20,000 nucleotides of DNA. Origin: Chiloscyllium plagiosum. Its lineage: Eukaryota. The notes beneath the pieces are model-generated. The model worked only from the letters and a program-made list of their open reading frames with translations, made no database searches and was not told the origin of the DNA. The translations under genes and the position numbers were made by a program. Location: the NCBI RefSeq assembly GCF_004010195.1, contig NC_057719.1:82292147-82312146 (forward strand), read 5' to 3'. Within the stretch, counting starts at the first letter, position 1, and every line of letters begins with the position of its first letter. Positions 10,083 through 19,818 of the stretch are shown here, piece by piece.

Positions 10083-10454
10083 TATGAGTAGGAATAGACC
10101 ATTTGGCCCCTCAATCTTGCTCTTCTATTAATAGCTGATCTGATTACTCCACATTCCCATCTACCATCATACTTCTCCTCAGTTACCAAGAATCTTATCT
10201 TAAAAATATTCAAAGACTCTGCTTCCACTGCCCTTTCAGGAAGGGAACTCCAAAGACTCACAGCCCTCTGCAAGAAAAGCTTTGCCTTAAATGGGCGATC
10301 CCTTATTTCGTACACAGTGACTCCTAGTTTCTGAAATTTCCTGCAGGAGGAAGCATTCTTCCCGTGTCCATCTTGTTAAGACCATTCAGGATCGAATACA
10401 CTAAAATCAAATCACCCTCACACTTATAAACCCCAGGGAAAACAAGTCCAATTT
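10083..10454 (-). mobile_element. CR1 LINE ORF2 3' end plus 3' UTR (older family)
   Basis: Minus strand encodes KLDLFSLGF... and FLQRAVSLWSSLPERAVEAESLNIFK. The 3' UTR ends gaggggccaaatggtctattcctactcata. Confidence 0.85.
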
Positions 10455-11146
10455 AATGCCAATTTGCTAGTGGTTCAGGGAATAATCAAGATGTTATTAT
10501 CATTGAGATTCTGTTTCTTAATACTATATCTAGCTTGCTATGCTGACCTCTTATCATGTCTATGCTTTTGGTACCTACATGCACCATAACAACTAGATCT
10601 TTCCCCTCCTGCTAAAGTTCCTCTCCAGCCCTGGGCAGATGTCCCAAACCTAAGTGGTGGGCAGACAATACAACCATCTGGACCTTTGCTCATTGCTGTA
10701 GAGAACAGAGTCACTGTCCATCCCCTTATTATTGGCTACAACCACTACATTCCACTTTGTCCCTCCCTGACATGAATGACCAATTAGCTTGTTCATCCCA
10801 TAGTTATCGCTTGCATCCAAACAGCCCAAAACAGCCTCAAACCTGTTGCATAAAGGGCTCCTGCACTGCTGCCCTCTGGCTCTCCTTATCACCCCCAGTC
10901 ACGCTTCCCTGTCCCCGATCACTGGTCAAATCAGAAGGCCCTTTCATGGGGTGTGCGACTTTTGATACTGAATATCCTGGTAAACGGATCCCTCAATAAG
11001 CTAATGCAGGGTCCTCAGCTCAGCATCCAGCTCCATGACTCTGAGCTGAAACGCCTCAACTCATGGCTACACTTCCTGCACTTCCTGAATACAATGGCCA
11101 GGACTACCCACATACTGCAGCTGTGACACAACACCAGTCCTATCAC
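10455..11146 (-). mobile_element. CR1 LINE ORF1 remnant (zinc finger/leucine zipper + SGNH esterase-like domain)
   Basis: Minus-strand fragments LCHSCSMW...CRKC, FQLRVMELDAELRTLH (zf/lz), CNRFEAVL, SRWLYCLP, EGKDLVVMVHVGTKSI (HVGT at 10570-10581) and IITS*LFPEPLANWH match vertebrate CR1 ORF1p motifs. Confidence 0.8.
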
Positions 11147-11749
11147 CTTAAGTGTGTTTTAATTAACTGCCTAATTATTTTTAAAATTATTTTCATTTCT
11201 AACTTATTTTATTAACTTTATCAAAGTTTTCTGTACTATTTTAAACATTAAGAATAGATCTTCACCAAATATTTATTTGTTTCCCTTTCAGTAAAGGGTC
11301 ATGTTCCACAAAGTAAAAATCTTACAGGAAGCAAAGAAGAATCTCCTTCTGCTGGTTCTCCTTTTTGCTCCCAATTCCCAGTCCTCTGTTCAAAGTGATC
11401 GGATTAACCACCAATTCTTGTTGTTGAATGTAAGAGAAATTTGAAATCCTAGGTCCTTACTAAGAGCAAATGAGTTCAGGGCCGGAAGTTGCTTTGGATG
11501 ACCTTCCTTTATCAAAATCTCTCCCTTGCCTGCCTGTTATTTCACTCTGCAATTCTTAAAGATTTTCATTCACTTCATTGCATAGGTGATCCTTTGACCC
11601 ATCAAAGATACCCAACCGGACATACGTAGGTAGAATGAACCACAGTCTTGACATTGGGTAGAATCCCAGAGTGATACCAGATGCTTGGTTGTCCTGGGTA
11701 ATTAACATATCCAGGCAGTGAGCAGGGTCCAAGCAGTCGAGCAGGGTCC

Positions 11750-12060
11750 TCAGCTCAGAGTCATGGAGCTGGATGCTGAGCTGAGGACCCTGCATTAGCC
11801 GTGAGTTGAGATGTTTCAGCTCAGAGTCATGGAGCTGGATGCTGAGCTGAGGACCCTGCATTAACCATGAGTTGAGATGTTTCAGCTCAGAGTCATGGAG
11901 CTGGATGCTGAGCTGAGGACCCTGCATTAGCCATGAGTTGAGATGTTTCAGCTCAGAGTCATGGAGCTGGATGCTGAGCTGAGGACCCTGCATTAACCAT
12001 GAGTTGAGATGCTTCAGCTCAGAGTCATGGAGCTGGATGCTGAGCTGAGGACCCTGCATT
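11750..12060. repeat. 66-bp tandem repeat, ~4.7 copies
   Basis: Unit tcagctcagagtcatggagctggatgctgagctgaggaccctgcattaRccatgagttgagatgtt starts at 11750, 11816, 11882, 11948 and 12014. Units are nearly identical, and the unit is the reverse complement of 11000-11069. Confidence 0.97.
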
Positions 12061-12494
12061 TGCACCATGGTTATGTCTGTGTCCTTGTATACATTGAGAG
12101 GGAGGGCTCACTGTCAACGAATAGACTTCTGTAATCAGTGGGCAGTGGGTTATCGAGTGTTGAATTATCAGTGTGAGCTGAATTGTAATTTGAGAAGCAT
12201 CCTTGGAATTTTCATTTCTATTCATGGTTGGAAGTGATGACCTTTTGAAAAGAGAGAACATATTACCATTTTTGATTTGGTTACCTGTCAATTTTTGTCA
12301 ATACTGAGTTGCGATGTTTGATTGACCTTGGAGTAGAAAGAGAGGATGTGTTACATGCGGATTAATCCTCCAAGGTAAATTAACATGACCTTTTCTCTTT
12401 GCTTCAATAACATTGCATTTATTGAAAATGTTTTGCAGATCGACAGCTATATTTTCGGAAACATTGGCTTTTTACTCATTCGATCGATCTTATC

Positions 12495-12570
12495 CACAGC
12501 TCAGTCAGTTATGCCCTCACTTCTGCGTCAGAAGGCTGAAGCCCCTTCCACTTGCCCAGAGACTTGAGTC
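12495..12570 (+). mobile_element. Deu-domain SINE tRNA-like head
   Basis: cacagctcagtcagttatgccctcacttctgcgtcagaagg...ccagagacttgag resembles the SacSINE1-like head. Confidence 0.5.
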
Positions 12571-12797
12571 CTCTATGATAACCCCTACAAGGCCCCTGGG
12601 GAATCACTAATTAATCTCCTCAATGAGTATGAGTTTTCTTTGTCATTGGCAATACCCTACCTGGTTGGAACTCATCACCTGAGTCCATTATAAAGCAGAC
12701 TGAGGGATGGGTCTGCAGAGCTGTCTGTCCTGGGCTGTGACTAACCTATGTGTGCCATGAGTAGTGGATCTATTTTGGTTTTCAACAATAACCCCCT

Positions 12798-12975
12798 ATC
12801 TCAGGCTGACCCTCTATTACAATGCAGAGAGAGATAAAGGACACTAGACTCAGGTTGAGTTTACCCCCTCAGTTGGACACAAATGTATCTTGGTGCTACT
12901 CAAAGGAACAACATGCTTCTTTCCTGATAATTACCTCCCAACTCACATCAATAAAACCAAAGATATGGTCATTGT
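12798..12975 (+). mobile_element. Deu-domain SINE middle part, highly degenerate
   Basis: atctcaggctgaccctc...caactcacatcaataaaaccaaagatatggtcattg gives a weak match to the Deu domain. Confidence 0.35.
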
Positions 12976-13344
12976 TTTGTATGGTAACTACTACCTGAAA
13001 GGATTAACTGACATCACATGATAAGCCCCATCAGATGTTCCCAGGAGAAGCTAATCAGTTGCTTTTCATATGCTATCAGAATATTTCTGCAACAATAACC
13101 CTCATGTGTAGCCTGAGGTCCGACCATGGGCTGTCGATTATCTCAAATTTAATGTAACTTACTATCAAGTAATACAGATTAAATATATTCTGTTTATCAA
13201 GACTGAGTCTTATTTCTACTCGAGATGTTGTGTGAGCATCTTTATCCACTTGGCTTCGGCAATGTCGACCATTACAAGAATGAAGGGGCGCCTAATGAAT
13301 CTACCTATGGCATCCCAGATGGTTCAGGTGCCCATAGCCACAAC

Positions 13345-13517
13345 ATTCTCAGAGTTATTATTCAAATTGCTATTTTATGGGAGCTTGCTGTGCACAAATT
13401 GATTGCTATATTTCCTTCATCGCAACACTGCTTCAAATGTATTTCACAGGCGACAAAGTGATTTGGGCATCTTGAAAGTGAGAAAGGTGCTACGTAATGC
13501 AAGTCTCTTCTCCTTTA
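13345..13517 (+). mobile_element. Deu-domain SINE 3' half
   Basis: attgctattttatgggagcttgctgtgcacaaattgattgc...gaaaggtgctacgtaatgcaagtctcttc: Deu core followed by an L2-type tail. Confidence 0.75.
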
Positions 13518-13536
13518 TTGCTTCATATAAACCTCA

Positions 13537-13560
13537 CTCTCTCTCTCTCTCTCTCTGTCT
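13537..13560. repeat. (CT)n microsatellite
   Basis: ctctctctctctctctctctgtct seen directly. Confidence 0.9.
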
Positions 13561-13924
13561 TTCCTTAAGAACATGACATTTTCAACAGCATCCCTTCATT
13601 TCACTTCCTGCGGGTCAGAAACAATTTGCATTTTTAAGGGGTCTGATCGAAGTCTTCAGTTTATGGACACGAGTGGAACATATACTCCTTAAATGAAGAT
13701 TATGGGGTTGAGGTCGAAGGAACAGGAGCCAGGTGAGGAACAGAGGGTCAGGCAGGGCAAAAGTCAGAAGGAGTCACACATCCAGTGAAGGTGAAGTGGG
13801 GAAAGGTAACCATAGATACGGTGGGAGAGAGTGGAATTGGAACTGACAAATAAAAGGGGTTTATGTTCAATCTCGTTGAAGGTCCCAGGCAATGTTCCTC
13901 AATGGGTTCCATACGGGACACTCG

Positions 13925-14092
13925 ACCCCCCTCCCAATTATCTCTCCACCTGGAGCCCTTCACTTCTGATGAAGGGCTTTTGCCCAAAACATTAACTTTC
14001 CTGCTCCTCGGACGCTGCCTGACCTGCTGTGCTTTTCCAGCACCACTCTAATCGAGACTCTGATCTCCAGCATCTGGAATCCTTACTTTCTC
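13925..14092 (+). mobile_element. Penelope-like (Neptune-type) solo 3' terminal fragment with decayed hammerhead motif
   Basis: ctgatgaagggcttttgcccaaaacatt (13966-13993, GAAACGTC decayed) followed by gctgcctgacctgctgtgcttttccagcaccactc...tgatctccagcatctg, as at 8317-8441. Confidence 0.85.
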
Positions 14093-14719
14093 TATACGGG
14101 AGACCTCGGGCTGAAGAGAGATTAACTAGTTCCCTCTCCTTATTCAACCATCATCATTTTTGGTTGAAACAGGTTAATTTAAAAAGGGGCCCTTCTCTTT
14201 ATTCTAGAAGCAACATGAGTAAACCACTTACTGCTTTTGCATCTCTTACTCATGCACATTTAGATAAAGGCACATACATTCACATTTCAGGATGTGCTAA
14301 TATTTATGCAAATTCATTTGTCAGTGTGCCCTCTATCAAAGTGGATTGCAGACTTGAGACTGAGTTAAGACAGTAGGGTTCCTTTCCAAAAGCTGATGCA
14401 GATTCAGTGTAGCCTAAATGGCCAACAAAAGATTGTACAGCCTGGAAGGATGTTTATTGCTGACTGACAACAGAAACTTCTACTCAAATATTTAAAGAAC
14501 ATTTGTGGACTATTGAGTACAGAGGAGATGCATTTTTCATTGAAATGCTCACAGCTAAATTGCTAATCTGGTATAATTTTGTAGAAAATTTTGTTAGCAA
14601 ATTATTGGTCTTTCTTATATATCTAGACCCAAATGCTTTTAAATAATCTAACTACTTTCATTTCATGCTGCTGGCTCAAACATTGTAAATTGGTGAATGC
14701 AGTCACTGCAACATTGTAT

Positions 14720-16319
14720 TAGAGTCATAGAGTCATAGAGATGTACAATACAAAACAGACCCTTCAGTCCAACCCGTCCATGCCGACCAGATATCCCAAC
14801 CCAATCTAGTCCCACNNNNNNNNNNNNNNNNNNNNNNNNNNNNNNNNNNNNNNNNNNNNNNNNCCCAGGGAAAAGACTTTGTCTATTTATCCTATCCATG
14901 CCCCTCATAATTTTGTAAACCTCTATAAGGTCACCCCTCAGCCTCCGACACTCCAGGGATAACAGCCCCAGACTTTTCAGCCTCTCCCTGTAGCTCATAT
15001 CCTCCAATCCTGGCAACATCCTTGTAAATCTTTTCTGAACCCTTTCAAGTTTCACAACATCTTTCCGATAGGAACGAGACTACAATTGCATTCAATATTC
15101 CAACAGTGGCCTAACCAATGTCCCGTACAGCTGCAACGTGACCTCCCAACTCCTGTACTCAATACTCTGACCAATAAAGGAAAGCTTACCAAACGCCTTC
15201 TTCACTATCCTACCTACCTGTGACTCCACTTTCAACGAGCTATGAACCTGTACTCCAAGGTCTCTTTGTTCAGCAACACTCCCTCGGACCTTACCATTAA
15301 GTGTATAAGTCCTGCTAAGATTTGCTTTCCCAAAATGCAGCACCTCACATTTATCTGAATTAAACTCCATCTGCCACTTCTCAGCCCATTGACCCATCTG
15401 ATCAAGATTCCATTGTAATCTGAGGTAACCCTCTTCGCTGTCCACTACACCTCCAATTTTGGTGTCATCTGCAAACTTACTAACTGTACCACTTATGCTC
15501 ACATCCAAATCATTAATATAAATGACGAAAAGAAATGGACCCAGCACCGATCCTTGTGGCACTCCACTGGTCACAGGCCTCCAGTCTGAAAAACAACCCT
15601 CCACCACCACCCTCTATTTTCTACTTTGAGCCAGTTCTGTATCCAAATGGCTAGTTCTCCCTGTATTCCATGAGATCTAACCTTGCTAATCAGTCTCCCA
15701 TGGGGAACATTGTCAAATGCCTTACTGAAGTCCATATAGATCACATCTACTGCTCTGCCCTCATCAATTCCTCTTTGTTACTTTTTCAAAAAACTCAATC
15801 AGGTTTGTGACACGTGATTTCCCACGCATAAAGCCATGCTGACTATCCCTAATCAGTCCTTGTGTTTCCAAATATATGTACATCCTGTCCCTCAGGATTC
15901 CCTCCAACAACGTGCCCACCACCGATGTCAGGCTCACTGGTCTATAGTTCCCTGGCTTGTCTTTACTGCCCTTCTTAAACAGTGGCACCACGTTAGCCAA
16001 CCTCCAGTCTTCCGGCACCTCACCTGTGACTATCGTTGGTACACATATTTCAGTAAGAGGCCCAGCAAACATTTCTCTAGCTTCCCACATAGTTCTCAGG
16101 TACACCTGATCAGGTCCTGGGGATTTATCCATCTTTATGCATTTCAAGACATCCAGCACCTCCTCCTCTGTAATATGGACATTTTTCAAGATGTCACTAT
16201 CTACTTCCCTACATTCTATACCTTCCATGTCCTTTTCCACAGTAAACAGTGTTGCAAAATACTTGTTTAATATCTCCCTCATTTTCTGCAGCTCCACACA
16301 AAGGCCTCCTTGCTGATCT
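14720..16319 (-). mobile_element. CR1 LINE, 5'-truncated ORF2 (reverse transcriptase) pseudogene with 3' tail
   Basis: ORF pieces KSPGPD...DWRLANVVPLFKKG...NYRPVSLTS, SGVPQGSVLGPFLFVIYINDL...KFADD and LERVQKRFTRMLPG...RRLRGDLIEVYKI, broken by frameshifts. Tail is (ctatgact)n at 14720-14740. Confidence 0.97.
14816..14863. other. Assembly gap (48 N)
   Basis: Run of N inside the CR1 3' region. Confidence 0.99.
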
Positions 16320-16395
16320 AATCAGTTTATCTTCAGTTATGGAAAAGCATTTAGAAACTATAATCATAAGAAAAGCTAATAGTTTCTTGGACGTA
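16320..16395 (+). mobile_element. Old CR1 ORF2 fragment
   Basis: ISLSSVMEKHLETIIIRKANSFLD resembles the CR1 RT segment VSLTSVVGKLLExIIRDxIxxHL. Confidence 0.45.
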
Positions 16396-16456
16396 TTCGA
16401 TAGGAAAACTAGGACAGATATGAAAAAAGAAAATTGGATATAACTATTAATGAATT

Positions 16457-16860
16457 CTGGAGCATCAGAGGCTGAGGGGTGACCTTATAGAGGTTTGTAA
16501 AATCATGCGGGGCATGGATAGGGTGAATAGGCAAGGGCTTTTCCCTGGGGTCGGGGAATCCAAAACTAGAGAGCATAGGTTTAGGGTGAGAGGGGAAAGA
16601 TTGAAAAGGGACCTAAGGGGCAACTTTTTCACACAGAGGGTGGGCATGTAGGGAATGAGCTGCCAGAGGAAGTGGTGGAGGCTGGTACAATTACAACATT
16701 TAAAAAGCATCTGGATGGGTACATGAGTAGGAAGTGTTTAGAGGAATATGGGCCAAATGCTGGAAAGTGGGGCTAGATTAATTTGGGCTATTTGATTGGC
16801 ATGGACAAGTTGGAATAAAGGATCTGTTTCTGAACTGTACATGTCGTTGATTCTATGACT
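16457..16860 (+). mobile_element. CR1 LINE 3' end fragment
   Basis: Encodes RLRGDLIEVCKIMRGMDRVNRQGLFPG...FKKHLDGYM and ends gattctatgact. Same family as 14720-16319. Confidence 0.95.
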
Positions 16861-16952
16861 TGCACATTTCAGCATGAGTTGATATTTATGCCAACTCATT
16901 TGCCAATGCCCCTCCATTAGAGTGGCTTGTAGACTTGGGACTGAGTTACGAC

Positions 16953-17035
16953 TCATGTGGTGCAGAGGTAGTGTCTCTACCTCTCGGCCTGGGCTCAAGT
17001 CCCACTTGCTCAAGGGGTTGATTAGAAAATATCTA
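16953..17035 (+). mobile_element. Short tRNA-derived SINE fragment
   Basis: A-box-like tggtgcagaggt and B-box-like gggctcaagtccc. Confidence 0.5.
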
Positions 17036-17481
17036 AAATTGTAATGTAGCTCAGGAGCTCCCCCCAGTGGCTCTGTGGCTCAGCTCACAGCTTCGGGCTG
17101 GTGCTGAGCTCTGTATACCAGAGTGGCCACTGGGTACAGGATGGCTTCCCAGTCTTAGGGTGGCAGGAACAATAACAGCAATCACTGGCACCAACACAAT
17201 CCTAGGGAGGCTGGCACATATGGCTGGTATGTAAGGTGGAGTCAGAACATCTGGCCAACGAGAAGAGCTTTCAAACAATAGAGAGGAGGATTATGGAAGA
17301 GAATTTCAACAACCAGGTAGACATTGTGCCAACGTTCAAGACTGAAGCGTAAAAAAGTGATGATGGTTCAAATCTGCACTGTGAAATGCCTCAGATCCTG
17401 TGATTGACTCGATAACACATTTCATGATCTCTTTATATTCAACAAAGGGCTTATTTTAAAAAAATAGATTTGTTCACAGTG

Positions 17482-17778
17482 CCACAGGACATACAGCAGC
17501 AAACATGCAGCATGTGATCTGTTTCAGTGAATGTTGGCTGAAGGAGGAACACGAGCCAAGACTCCAAGGGGATATGTAGTGTTGTCTCCTTCATAAGAGT
17601 GCTTAGGATTCTTTCACAGACCCCACAGCTCGGTTCATCATCACTTCTAAAGACCACCATCAGAAACAGAGCAGTACTCCCTCTGTACAGTACTGGAGAT
17701 GCCAATGTACATGGCACTGGAGCAGAATCTGACCCCAGGAACCTCTGGCTCAGCCGATAGTGCTACCACACCTGACAC
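17482..17778 (-). mobile_element. Deu-domain SINE (SacSINE1-like), degenerate
   Basis: Minus strand gtgtcaggtgtggtagcactatcggctgagccagagg...ctccagtactgtacagagggagtactgctctgt...caacattcactgaaacagatcac. Confidence 0.65.
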
Positions 17779-17854
17779 TCATAAGCCTTCTAAACTCAAA
17801 GCAATACAAGTTAGGCTATTGTAACCCATTGTCACAATTTCATACACGCCTTTT

Positions 17855-18080
17855 GACACCCATTCCTTCAGCTGTATAGGCCTTAGGCTTTAGAATTCCC
17901 TCTTTAAACTCTTCTTCCTCTATCACCTTCCCAAATTGGGTCCTTAAAATCTCCCTCTTTGGCCAAATCTCATTGTTAATGCATCTGAATGCCTCCATAC
18001 ATGGTCTGGTGTAACTTTGACTAGTAAAGCATTTCACTAACATTCTTCTGCATCAATGGCATTTCACAAGTGCAAGTTTT
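17855..18080 (+). mobile_element. L2 LINE 3' end, degenerate
   Basis: ccttcagctgtataggccttaggctttagaattccctctttaaactc...ccttaaaatctccctctttggccaa (FS..GP.LWNSLP...LKT.LF-like). The tail ...aatggcatttcacaagtgcaagtt resembles the Deu-SINE tail. Confidence 0.65.
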
Positions 18081-18091
18081 TAACAGGTGCA

Positions 18092-18335
18092 AGTGGGAAC
18101 AGGCCATCCAGCCCACACTGACTCTCCGAAGAGCATCCCACCCAGACCCATCAACCTACCCTATTCCTGGCCAATCCCACTAACCTGCACATCTTTGGAC
18201 TGTGGGAGGAAACCCACGCAGACACAGGGATAATGTGCAAACTCCACACAGAGAGTCACCCGAGGGTGGAATCGAACCCAGGCCCCAAGACGCTGTGAAG
18301 TAGCAGTGCTAACCACTGAGCCACTGTGCTGCCCC
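18092..18335 (-). mobile_element. HE1-like V-SINE
   Basis: A box tggctcagtgg, B box ggttcgattcc, and a V-domain with a deletion between the two ggaggaaacc repeats. Confidence 0.9.
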
Positions 18336-18399
18336 ATCACTGATATTGAAAACTTGAGACTTCAAGTCAGGTACAAAACAATATTTGTCACCTACACCA

Positions 18400-19320
18400 C
18401 ACTATATTCCCTTCATCTCTATTCTCCCTCCCAAACTATGGCCAACTCTTGTCAGAATTCTATACTTTTGTTCATAATCTTTTGCGTCAAACACAATCAA
18501 ATGAATTCTACAAGTAGTAACATGCCTGCAGCTTCCCTAACCATTTCTTTGAATACCTTTGACCAGAAGGTCCTGATGACTTCTTTGTCATAACTGGTTA
18601 TCTTTCTCCAGTACCATTTTCTAACAATATTTTGTTGAGTAATTTCCTCCTGTGATTTATCTTCAGCTTCCCTCTTCTCGCTTTCATTTTATCATCGACT
18701 TCAAAACAATGTTAATTCACCATTTTCTAATTGTTCATCAGACTTAATCTGGAGTTATATTTAATAAGTCCGCATTTCCCTTACAACTCTATTTCCTTCC
18801 ACAGATTTTAAAAATGTTTAGATTTCCTATCCCTTGCATATTTTCCTTGAAGCTTCTGATTATTTTTCCAGTACCTTTTTATTACTTTTATTTAATATCT
18901 CCCTCAATTTATTAGATTTCCACTTCCCCTTACACTTTACGTCACCTGTTATATTAACTCGATCCTGCCTCTGAACTCACCTGTTGACAATTCTTGCACC
19001 ATGACACGTGCAGTTGTTTTGCCTTTTCAGGGTGTGTATTTTACTGAGTAATGATTTGTGTGCTTGCTGCTGCTTGTCTTGTAGGTTTAGCCATGATCAA
19101 TTCTGCCCAGGTTATTGTGATCAATCTATTTCTTCACCTTTTCGTCTTACTTATATTTAAAAGCCTGATTTGAGACTCTACCTTTTCTAAATATACTATG
19201 ATATATTCACAAGATGTCCCCTTAGTCAGATTGCAAACTTAGTCTCATCTGTTATTCATCACTGAATCTAATATAAGTCTTGTCAGTTCTAAACCATATG
19301 TGACAGCAGACTGTTCGGTA
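18400..19320 (-). mobile_element. Very old CR1 ORF2 remnant (endonuclease end, linker, RT start)
   Basis: Scattered minus-strand motifs: LELTRLILDSVMNN (compare EPTR..AILDLV..NE), ESQIRLLNISK, and KSSGPSGQRYSK/VFKE (compare KSPGPD..HPRVLKE). Heavily decayed. Confidence 0.45.
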
Positions 19321-19379
19321 TACAATTTTAGATATTTTTTCCTTTTGCAATCCGAGTTGTTTGACTTCTTCCAGTTTTT

Positions 19380-19530
19380 ATTTTAGTTCACTCATGGAAC
19401 GTGGATGCCACTGGCCAGACCAGTATTTATTAGCCATCCCTAGTTGCCATTGAGAAGGTGGTGATAAGCTGCCTTCTTGAACCACTACAGTTCATGCCCT
19501 TGTGCTCTAGGTAGACCACAATGCTGTTTA
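19380..19530 (-). mobile_element. CR1-group LINE 3' end (same family as 5527-5740)
   Basis: ccatccctagttgccattgagaaggtggtgataagctgccttcttgaacc is collinear with 5585-5632. Confidence 0.8.
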
Positions 19531-19818
19531 TGGAAAAACTAATGAAAATTAGTCGTTCCACCATAACCATATTCAACACAATATGTTGACATACAATCAA
19601 TGAGGAACAAACGGTTTCTCTTTCAATGAATTGAAGAATTTAATTATTCATTTCCATTTACAATTCCCAGATACTGAAGCAGTCTGTGCTGGCATGAAGG
19701 AAAATCTGTTCAATCGTCAGTCTTAGGAAGGCTAGTGACAATTAATATTCACTCCAAAAGGGACTAGGCGGTGCCTACCTCCATCTAACTATCTCCTTTT
19801 AACATTCTGTGGTCTAAT

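Noticed and set aside
11750..12060. CRISPR-like array
   Set aside because: Units are contiguous near-identical 66-mers with no unique spacers, no cas genes and a vertebrate repeat context.
14663..16297. Functional reverse transcriptase gene
   Set aside because: 5'-truncated, lacks the endonuclease and is split by frameshifts, so it is a dead CR1 copy.
17058..17225. Additional ancient SINE remnant
   Set aside because: Only faint recalled similarity and no clear B box or tail, so it is not supportable without a profile search.
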